Of a stretch of 64,000 nucleotides of DNA, positions 51,734-59,412 are shown piece by piece. The position numbers were made by a program, and so were the translations under genes. Below the pieces are notes generated by a model. It saw nothing but the letters and a program-made list of their open reading frames with translations. It was not told the DNA's origin and searched no databases. Position 1 is the stretch's first letter. Each line of letters begins with the position of its first letter. Origin of the DNA: an uncultured Actinomycetes bacterium. Lineage in GTDB: Bacteria > Actinomycetota > Thermoleophilia > RBG-16-64-13. The DNA is taken from NCBI GenBank assembly GCA_963814365.1, contig CAWFCL010000004.1, forward strand, positions 1,311,432 through 1,375,431, read 5' to 3'.

Positions 51734-53346
51734 CCACCGACTGGCCCCAGGGACACATCGACCGCGAAGTTCGGCCTGCCCCCGAACGGTACCGGAACGT
51801 CCTTGGCAAGTACAAGGTCAACCGTTCGGCCGATTGCATAGCCTGCGGCAGGTGCGCCCAGGTGTGCGAGCACGGCGTTCATGTGAGACCCGAGGGCTAC
51901 ACCTTCATGCTCCGGCCACAGGACTTCCGCTGCGTCGGCCCTGAGTGCTCCGAATGCGACACCTCCTGCGTAGCCCAATGTCCGCAGAAGGCACTGACCG
52001 TGACGCGCAACTCCTCCGCAGACGCCCTGGGCGATCCGCGCTGGTCCAGCGACCTGATCCTTTCTACCTGGCACCAGGCAGCTACGGGCCATGCAGCCCC
52101 CAAGCACCTGGAGCAGCGCACCGGCGCCTCGGGTGGCGGCTTCGATCGGTTGCGCTTCAAGTTCGAGGTGCCCGACAAGTTCACTCCTCAGCAAAGCGGC
52201 ACGGCTGCGGGCGCGGGCACCGCTGCGGACCCGTCCGGCGAGTCCGCCGTCAGACCCGAGGACGTCGATGTGAGTCTTGACCTCAACCAACGAGGCGACA
52301 ATCGCCCGCAAGTGCACATCGATATACCTGTGTACGGCGGAGGCATGAGCTTTGGCTCGGTGAGCATCCACACCATACTGGGCAAAGCGCGCGCCGCCAC
52401 AGCGTGGAACACCTTCAGTTGCACCGGAGAGGGTGGCTATCACGACCGACTGCGCCCCTACGACGACCACATGATCACCCAGGTGGCCACGGGACTGTTC
52501 GGCGTGCGCGACGAGACCATCCAGCGCGTGCGCATAGTGGAGTTCAAGTACGCCCAGGGGGCCAAGCCCGGTCTGGGAGGTCACCTACTCGGCGACAAGA
52601 ACACACCGCCTGTGGCGCGCATGCGCGAGGCGGTGGCCGGAAACGCTCTGTTCTCGCCGTTCCCCTTCCACAGCGTCTACTCGGTCGAAGACCACAAGAA
52701 GCATCTGGACTGGATCAAAGAGGTCAACTCCGACGCGCTGGTCAGCGTCAAGGTATCCACCCCCACCGACGTGGACATGGTGGCGGTAGGTAGCTACTAC
52801 GCAGGTGCGCACATCGTGCACCTGGACGGCAGCTACGGTGGTACCGGCGCCGCTCCCGACATCGCCAAGAAGAACATCGCCATGCCTATCGAGTACGCCA
52901 TCCCCAAGGTACACAAGTTCCTGGTGGCTGAGGGGATTCGCGATGAGATCACCCTGATCGCTTCAGGCGGCATCCGCACCGCCTTCGACGCCCTGAAAGC
53001 CATTGCTCTCGGTGCCGACGGTGTGGTGGTCGGTACGGTGGAGATGGTGGCCCTGGGCTGCGTACGCTGCGCCTGCTGCGAGAGCGGGCGGGGCTGTCCG
53101 CGCGGCATCGCGACCACCGACCCCGAGCTCATGCAGCAGATGACCCTGGAGTGGTCTACGCAGAGGATCATCAACCTCTACAACGCCTGGCAGGAGCAGA
53201 TGGTCGAGACGCTCGCCGGCCTGGGCATGAGGTCCATCCGCGAGCTGCGCGGCCGCAGCGACCTGCTCTGCTACGTCACCGACGAGAGCGTAAGCGGCGC
53301 GGGCACCGAGACGCGTGAGCCGGAGATGGCGGAGGTGGCCGAATGA
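51730..53346 (+). CDS. Glutamate synthase large-subunit FMN-binding domain protein (GltB central domain) with N-terminal ferredoxin
   Basis: IPVYGGGMSFGSVS ... KYAQGAKPGLGGHLLG ... HSVYSVEDHKKHLDWIKE ... LIASGGIRTAFDALKAIALGADGVVVGT ... GCVRCACCESGRGCPRGIAT. The start overlaps the upstream stop (ATGA). Confidence 0.75.
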   Translation: MTTDWPQGHIDREVRPAPERYRNVLGKYKVNRSADCIACGRCAQVCEHGVHVRPEGYTFMLRPQDFRCVGPECSECDTSCVAQCPQKALTVTRNSSADALGDPRWSSDLILSTWHQAATGHAAPKHLEQRTGASGGGFDRLRFKFEVPDKFTPQQSGTAAGAGTAADPSGESAVRPEDVDVSLDLNQRGDNRPQVHIDIPVYGGGMSFGSVSIHTILGKARAATAWNTFSCTGEGGYHDRLRPYDDHMITQVATGLFGVRDETIQRVRIVEFKYAQGAKPGLGGHLLGDKNTPPVARMREAVAGNALFSPFPFHSVYSVEDHKKHLDWIKEVNSDALVSVKVSTPTDVDMVAVGSYYAGAHIVHLDGSYGGTGAAPDIAKKNIAMPIEYAIPKVHKFLVAEGIRDEITLIASGGIRTAFDALKAIALGADGVVVGTVEMVALGCVRCACCESGRGCPRGIATTDPELMQQMTLEWSTQRIINLYNAWQEQMVETLAGLGMRSIRELRGRSDLLCYVTDESVSGAGTETREPEMAEVAE

Positions 53347-55985
53347 CCGACTTCGCCGAACGCCTGCTGCGCAGCCGCTCCCAGGTCTACACCGGACCAG
53401 ACATGCCTGCCGCCGACCCAGTCGAAGAGGGCGGCTGCGGCGTCACCGGGTTCACCTGCACCGTCCCCGTCAAGGGCCGGTTCATCTACGAGCCCAGCAA
53501 GCAGATGCAGAACCGCGGCAACGGCAAGGGCGGCGGCATCGCCTGCGCCGGGCTGGTGCCCGAGCAGTTGGGCATCTCCGGGAGGCGCTCGAGAGCCACT
53601 ACCTGCTGCAGATCGCCCTACTGGATCCGGAGTGCCACGCGGAGCTGGAGAAGGAGTTCGTCGCTCCCCCACTTCGACATCGCCCACTCCGAGCGTCAAG
53701 ACCATGTCGACGACCACACCGCTGTCGGCTTGGAGGTGCGCCCCCCGGATGTGCACCGCTACGTAGTGCGGGTCAAGCCCGACGTCCTTGAGGCTTTCGC
53801 AACAGAGGCGGGCTTGCAGGGCTTGTCTCCGCGCGAGCTCGAAGACGAGTTCGTCTGGCGTAACAGCTACAAGCTCAACGACACTTACTATGCCTCGCTG
53901 GGCGAGAAGCGCGCCTTCGTGCTCAGCCACGCCCGCAACCTGCTGATCTTCAAGTGCGTGGGCTACGCCGAGCAGAACGTGGAGTACTACAAGCTGCACG
54001 ACTTCCAGGCACATACCTGGATCGCCCACCAGCGCTATCCGACCAAAGGCCGAGTATGGCACCCAGGCGGCGCCCATCCGTTCATCGGCATGAACGAGGC
54101 CCTGGTACACAACGGCGACTTCGCCAACTACCACTCGGTCAGCGAGTATCTGCGGCAGCGCAACATTCGCCAGCAGTTCCTCACCGACACCGAGGTGGCG
54201 GCGCAGTTGTTCGACCTGTGGGACCGCGTGTACAAGTACCCGCTGGAGTACATCATCGAGGCGTTCGCTCCCACCACCGAGCTGGACTTCGACCAGTTGC
54301 CGCCCGAGAAGCAGACCATTTACAGGCAGATCCAGGCGACGCACGTACACGCGTCGCCCGACGGTCCCTGGTTCTTCATCATCGCCCGCAGCCAGGGAGA
54401 CAGGTTCCAACTCATGGGCATCACCGACACGGCCATGCTCAGGCCGCAGGTGTTCGCGCTCAGTGACAGTGGCGACGTGCAGATAGGCCTTATCTGCAGT
54501 GAGAAGCAGGCCATCGACGCCACGCTGCGCAGCCTGGCCGAGGAAGACCCGCGCTTCTGCCCCGTGGCCGACAAGTACTGGAACGCGCGCGGTGGCTCGT
54601 CCACCGACGGCGGTGCCTTCATCTTCAGCGTCGCGCCCGACGACACCGGCCGCATGCGCCTGACCTGTACCGACAAGTTCGGTCGCGAGGTCAAGAACGC
54701 CTGCGGAGCGGTGCGCTGCGACCTGCCGGTCGAAGAGCTGACCGACGGTGTGCAGGCCACCTGCACGCCCGAGCCGGTCAGTGCCGAAGAGGTGCAAGAG
54801 GAGCTACGCAGGGGCAACACCGACGCCCTGTTCCAGAAGGCCACTGATCCCGCTGCCGGCCTGGGCTCTTGGCCGGCGGACCACCTCCGTCGCTTCTGTG
54901 GCTACTTGCTGGCGGTAGCGGGCGACCCGGCCGCCGCTCCGAGAGTCCGCGCCGCCGGAGTTGAACTACTCACCAAGTTGCACGACCGGCACTACGCCAC
55001 GCACGACAAGCGTCGGGCCACCATCATCCGCGTACTCGAGGACGAGTTGGACCGTCTCTTCGACACCGCCCCGCTGTTCGGCGAGACCGCCAACCGTGGC
55101 TGGCGTCGCGTCACCTGGACGACGCGCGACCGCGTCGCCGCCCCACAGTCGGGTGAAGACACCTTGGTCATCGATGCCGATGGCTTCCCCCCCGAGGGCG
55201 ACGACTGTGACGCAGTGCTCCTGCGCGCGGCCTACCGCAAGGGCTGGAAGAAGTTCATCGTCTACCGTCTGCGTGGCCAACGCTTCCACGGCGCCGGACT
55301 GGGCGCAGCCACTGATGGCGTGCGCATCGACCTCTACGGCTCCAATGGTGACTACGCGGCCAGCGGCATGGACGGGCTGGAGATGCACATCCACGGCAAT
55401 GCTCAGGACCAGGTGGCGCAGATAGCCAAGCGCGGCAAACTGGTCATCTACGGGGATGTCGGGCAGACCTTCATGTACGGCGCCAAGGGCGGCGAGGTGT
55501 TCGTCCTGGGCAACGGCGCCGGGCGCCCACTCATCAACGCCGTGGGCCGGCCCCGCGTGGTCATCAACGGCACCTGCTTGGACTTCCTGGCCGAATCCTT
55601 CATGGCCGGCAACCCGCTCAACGGCGGCGGTTTCGTGATCCTGAACGGCATCGAGTTCGACGAGAACGGACGAATGGTGCCACAGGCCAGCCCCTACCCT
55701 GGCAGCAACCTGTTCTCGCTGGCCAGTGGAGGCGCTATCTACATACGCGACCCCGAGCGCAAGGTGGTCGATGGCCAGCTAAACGGCGGTGTGCTCTCTC
55801 CGCTCGACGATAAGTCTTGGCGACTGGTCCGCAGCTACCTGGACGAGAACGAGCGCTTGTTCGGCATCAAGGTGCAAGACCTGCTCACCGTCGATGGTGT
55901 GGTCCGCTCCCCCCAAGACGTGTACCGCAAAGTCACCGCCGTCTCGCTGGCAGTCTTGGCCGCCGGCGCCAAGGAGAAGAAGTGA
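53343..55985 (+). CDS. Glutamate synthase large-subunit-like: class-II amidotransferase domain plus C-terminal GXGXG domain
   Basis: GGCGVTGF ... NRGNGKGGGIA ... IAHQRYPTKG Ntn-amidotransferase pattern. C-terminal YGSNGDYAASGMDGLEMHIHGNAQDQVAQIAKRGKLVIYGDVGQTFMYGAKGGEVFVLGNGAGRPLINAVGRP (GXGXG). A roughly 30-aa extension precedes the nucleophile Cys. Confidence 0.75.
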   Translation: MTDFAERLLRSRSQVYTGPDMPAADPVEEGGCGVTGFTCTVPVKGRFIYEPSKQMQNRGNGKGGGIACAGLVPEQLGISGRRSRATTCCRSPYWIRSATRSWRRSSSLPHFDIAHSERQDHVDDHTAVGLEVRPPDVHRYVVRVKPDVLEAFATEAGLQGLSPRELEDEFVWRNSYKLNDTYYASLGEKRAFVLSHARNLLIFKCVGYAEQNVEYYKLHDFQAHTWIAHQRYPTKGRVWHPGGAHPFIGMNEALVHNGDFANYHSVSEYLRQRNIRQQFLTDTEVAAQLFDLWDRVYKYPLEYIIEAFAPTTELDFDQLPPEKQTIYRQIQATHVHASPDGPWFFIIARSQGDRFQLMGITDTAMLRPQVFALSDSGDVQIGLICSEKQAIDATLRSLAEEDPRFCPVADKYWNARGGSSTDGGAFIFSVAPDDTGRMRLTCTDKFGREVKNACGAVRCDLPVEELTDGVQATCTPEPVSAEEVQEELRRGNTDALFQKATDPAAGLGSWPADHLRRFCGYLLAVAGDPAAAPRVRAAGVELLTKLHDRHYATHDKRRATIIRVLEDELDRLFDTAPLFGETANRGWRRVTWTTRDRVAAPQSGEDTLVIDADGFPPEGDDCDAVLLRAAYRKGWKKFIVYRLRGQRFHGAGLGAATDGVRIDLYGSNGDYAASGMDGLEMHIHGNAQDQVAQIAKRGKLVIYGDVGQTFMYGAKGGEVFVLGNGAGRPLINAVGRPRVVINGTCLDFLAESFMAGNPLNGGGFVILNGIEFDENGRMVPQASPYPGSNLFSLASGGAIYIRDPERKVVDGQLNGGVLSPLDDKSWRLVRSYLDENERLFGIKVQDLLTVDGVVRSPQDVYRKVTAVSLAVLAAGAKEKK

Positions 55986-56569
55986 CAGCGCAATCCACCA
56001 TAGAACTCATCGAGGTGCAAGAGATAGGGTCAACACTGGCCCGCGAAATCGAGCAGCTCTGCGGCTCTTCGCCCCTGGCCTGTCTGCAGTGCGCCAAGTG
56101 CTCCAACGGCTGCCCGGTAGCCGCCCGGACGGGACTCACTCCGCACCAGTTGGTCCGACTACTGCAGACCGGTCAGCGCAAAGCGGCACTCAGCAGCCGC
56201 TTCATCTGGGAGTGTACCTCCTGCCACACCTGCATCACCCGCTGCCCGCAGCAGGTGGACATCTGTGCCATGAACGACGCCTTGCGCGCCCTTAGTCTCC
56301 GCGAAGGGTCAGCGACCGGCAAGTCAGCCGTGCCCACCTTCAACAAGGCCTTCTTGGACTCGGTACGCAAGCGCGGCCGCGTGCATGAGCTGGGTCTGAT
56401 GGCCGTGTTCAAGCTGCGTACCGGACGCTTGCTCGAAGACATGGGCAAAGCCCCCATGATGCTGACCAAAGGCAAGCTGCCGTTGTTCGGGCACCGCATG
56501 AGCGGCCGCCCCGAACGCGAGGGACTGTTCTCCCGTGCGGCCCGTGGACGTCGGGGGACCCGCTCATGA
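55982..56569 (+). CDS. hdrC: Heterodisulfide reductase subunit C-like (HdrC)
   Basis: Two CxxCxxCxxxCP motifs (CLQCAKCSNGCP, CTSCHTCITRCP). GTG start overlaps the upstream stop. Confidence 0.75.
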   Translation: MTAQSTIELIEVQEIGSTLAREIEQLCGSSPLACLQCAKCSNGCPVAARTGLTPHQLVRLLQTGQRKAALSSRFIWECTSCHTCITRCPQQVDICAMNDALRALSLREGSATGKSAVPTFNKAFLDSVRKRGRVHELGLMAVFKLRTGRLLEDMGKAPMMLTKGKLPLFGHRMSGRPEREGLFSRAARGRRGTRS

Positions 56570-57448
56570 AGTACACCTTCTACCCCGGCTGCTCATTGGG
56601 CGCCACAGCCAAAGACTTCTACACCTCCACTCTGTCCATGGCCGACAGGCTGGGCATCGAGCTCACAGAGCTCGAGGATTGGATCTGTTGCGGCTCCACC
56701 GCCGCTCACAACAGCGACCCGATGCTGGCGGACGCGCTGCCTGCTCAGAACCTGCTGGCGGCCAAAGGCGACACCGTGGCCGTGGCCTGCGCCAGCTGCT
56801 ACAGCCGGCTCAAGATGGCCAATCACCACATCGCCAAAGACGCTGAGGTCAGAGCCCAAGTCGCCGAGGTCGTGGGCGCCGACTACGACGGGCACACCCC
56901 CGTGCGACACCTGCTGGAGATCGTCACCGAAGATCTGACGCCTTCAGAGATCGCTACCAAGATCGACCCGTCCCCTTAAGGGACTCAAGGTGGCCTGCTA
57001 CTACGGCTGTCTGCTCTCGCGCCCGCCGGAGATAATGCAGTTCGACGATGCCGAGAACCCCACCATCATGGACCGCCTGCTGGAGACTGCCGGCGCCACC
57101 GTGTTGGACTGGCCGCACAAGACCGAATGCTGCGGCGCCAGCTTCAGCATCACCGACGTCGGCCTGGTGGTGGAGCTCACCGACAAGATCCTGGCCATGG
57201 CCGAGGCCGCCGGCGTGGACTGCATCGCCACCGCCTGCCCTCTCTGCCAGCTCAACCTGGACATGCGGCAGAAGGACGTGCAGGCCAAGCTGGGTCATAA
57301 ATACGATCTGCCCGTCTTCTACTTCACTCAGCTGATGGGCTTGGCCATGGGCTGCTCCCCCAAAGAAGTGGGATTGGAGCGCCTGGTCATAGACCCACGG
57401 CCACTACTAGAAGCCAAAGGACTGCTGAAGGACGAGGCCAGCCGATGA
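56566..57448 (+). CDS. hdrB: Heterodisulfide reductase subunit B-like (HdrB, two CCG domains), interrupted by a stop or +1 frameshift at about 56972
   Basis: MKYTFYPGC ... WICCGS (CCG1), ends ..IDPSP* at 56979. CCG2 (ACYYGCLL ... TECCGAS ... ACPLCQLN) continues in the +1 frame from 56990. Deleting one C from the CCCC run restores ..IDPSLKGLKVACYYGC... Confidence 0.7.
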
Positions 57449-59412
57449 GCGACAACGGCAAGAACATGAGCGACACCGCACGGGTCGACCAGGCCGCCGC
57501 GGCGGCCGCCCAGCCGGGCGCGACCCCCGCCGGCGCGGCCAAAGAGCCCGTGGGCGCCGTCATGGTGTGCGGTGCCGGCATCACCGGCATCCAGGCCTCT
57601 CTGGATCTGGCCGAGAGCGGGTTCAAGGTCTACTTGGTCGATTCTTCGCCGGCCATAGGTGGCCGCATGGCCCAGCTCGACAAGACCTTCCCCACCGGCG
57701 ACTGCGCCATGTGCATCCTGTCGCCCAAGCTGGTGGAGTGCGCACGCAACAAGAACATCGAGATCATCACCATGGCCGATGTCGAGGGCATCTCGGGTGA
57801 GCCGGGCGAGTTCAAGGTCAAAGTCCGACAGAACCCGCGCTTCGTCGACCTGATCAAGTGCAATGCCTGCGGCGACTGCGTCGAGGCCTGTCCCGTCGAC
57901 CTGCCCAATGAGTTCGACCGCAGGCTCGGCACCCGTAAGGCCATCTACCGGGCTTATCCGCAGGCTATCCCCAATGTATTCGCCATCTCCAAGGCCCCGG
58001 GTCGCGCGCCATGCCGCACCGCCTGCCCGGCAGGCATCAACGTGCAGGGCTACGTCGCCCTCATCAGTGCGGGCAAGTTCAAAGAAGCGCACGACCTCAT
58101 CCTGCAGGAGTGCCCGCTGCCGGCAACCTGCGGCCGGGTCTGCCCCGCCCCGTGCGAGACCGCTTGCACCCGGGCACAAGTGGATGAGCCTATCGCCATC
58201 GCCGGCCTCAAATGGTTCGCGTACGAGAAGGGCCGGCCCACCGAACTGCCCGAGAAGCTGCCCGTCCAACACAACGAGAAGGTGGCTATCGTGGGCGGCG
58301 GTCCCGCGGGTCTGAGTTGCGCCCGCGACCTGGCCCAGTACGGCTACGCCACCACCGTCTTTGAGGCTCTGCCCGTGGCGGGCGGCATGCTGCGTGTGGG
58401 CATCCCTGACTATCGCATGCCTCCTGAGGTGCTGCAGCAAGAGATCGACAACATCTGCGCGCTGGGCGTGGACCTGCGCGTGAACCAGCGTTGTGGCACC
58501 GACTTCACTGTCGACGGCCTTCTGGACGACGGGTACAAGGTCGTGTTCCTAGCTCCCGGTCTGCATGCCAGCCTACCGGCTCCCGCCAAGGGCGACGACC
58601 TCGACGGCTGCCTGAAGGCGATCGAGTTCCTGCGTGCCGCCAACCTGGGTGATCCGCTGCCGGTCGGCGACCGAGTCGTGGTCATCGGCGGTGGCGACGT
58701 GGCTTTCGACGCCGCCCGTACGGCCGCACGCCTTACTTCGGGCAGCGGCAAAGCCCCCTCGGTCACCGTGGCCTACCGCCGAACTCGTGGCGAGATGCCT
58801 GCCACCACCGACGAGATCGAAGAAGGTCTCGCCGAAGGCCTCACTATCGAGTACCTGGCCTCTCCCGTGGAGGTGCTGGGCGATGGAGGCAAGGTGCGCG
58901 CCATGAAGTTCCAGCGCTGCCAGCTTGGCGCGCCGGACGAAGGTGGCCGCTGCAAAGCCGAGCCTATCGAGGGCGACTTCTTCGAGATCCCCTGCGACAA
59001 CGTCATCTTTGCCATCGGTCAGGCCATGGTGGACGACTTCATCGCCACCGCCGACGGCGCCACCGTCGACGGTGTGGCTGTCGAGCGCAACGCCATCAAG
59101 GTGGACGCCGGCACCATGATAACCGGCCGACCCGGCGTCTTTGCGGGCGGTGACGCCGCCCCTCAAGGCCCCCTGACCGCCATCCAAGCCATCGCGGCCG
59201 GGCGCAAGGCCGCCGCGAGCATCCACAACTACCTGCGCGGCAAGCAGATCGTCCCGCTGGAACAGGATCGCTGCCCGACGCCGCCCGGCCGACTCCGACC
59301 TGGCCAAGGTCGACTAAAGAGCCCCGCGAGCACCTGTCGGAGCAGCCGGGCGACGAACGCCGGCGCAACTGGGACGAGGTCCGCACCGTGTTCACCGAGG
59401 AGCAGGCCGTAG
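57445..59412 (+). CDS. hdrA: HdrA-like N-terminal FAD/ferredoxin module fused to a GltD/NfnB-like NAD(P)H-FAD oxidoreductase domain (HdrL-like); 3' end out of frame
   Basis: VMVCGAGITGIQASLDLAESGF ... DCAMCILSPKL ... CNACGDCVEACP (HdrA). Then PLPATCGRVCPAPCETAC ... VAIVGGGPAGLSCARDL ... VVIGGGDVAFDAA ... VFAGGDAAPQGPLTAIQAIAAGRKAA (GltD-like). The last ~45 codons are low-complexity. Confidence 0.7.
   Translation: MSDNGKNMSDTARVDQAAAAAAQPGATPAGAAKEPVGAVMVCGAGITGIQASLDLAESGFKVYLVDSSPAIGGRMAQLDKTFPTGDCAMCILSPKLVECARNKNIEIITMADVEGISGEPGEFKVKVRQNPRFVDLIKCNACGDCVEACPVDLPNEFDRRLGTRKAIYRAYPQAIPNVFAISKAPGRAPCRTACPAGINVQGYVALISAGKFKEAHDLILQECPLPATCGRVCPAPCETACTRAQVDEPIAIAGLKWFAYEKGRPTELPEKLPVQHNEKVAIVGGGPAGLSCARDLAQYGYATTVFEALPVAGGMLRVGIPDYRMPPEVLQQEIDNICALGVDLRVNQRCGTDFTVDGLLDDGYKVVFLAPGLHASLPAPAKGDDLDGCLKAIEFLRAANLGDPLPVGDRVVVIGGGDVAFDAARTAARLTSGSGKAPSVTVAYRRTRGEMPATTDEIEEGLAEGLTIEYLASPVEVLGDGGKVRAMKFQRCQLGAPDEGGRCKAEPIEGDFFEIPCDNVIFAIGQAMVDDFIATADGATVDGVAVERNAIKVDAGTMITGRPGVFAGGDAAPQGPLTAIQAIAAGRKAAASIHNYLRGKQIVPLEQDRCPTPPGRLRPGQGRLKSPASTCRSSRATNAGATGTRSAPCSPRSRP

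Noticed and set aside
56960-56995. Programmed +1 frameshift in hdrB
   Set aside because: No slippery or shifty-stop context is known for Hdr genes. A one-base change in a CCCC run explains it.
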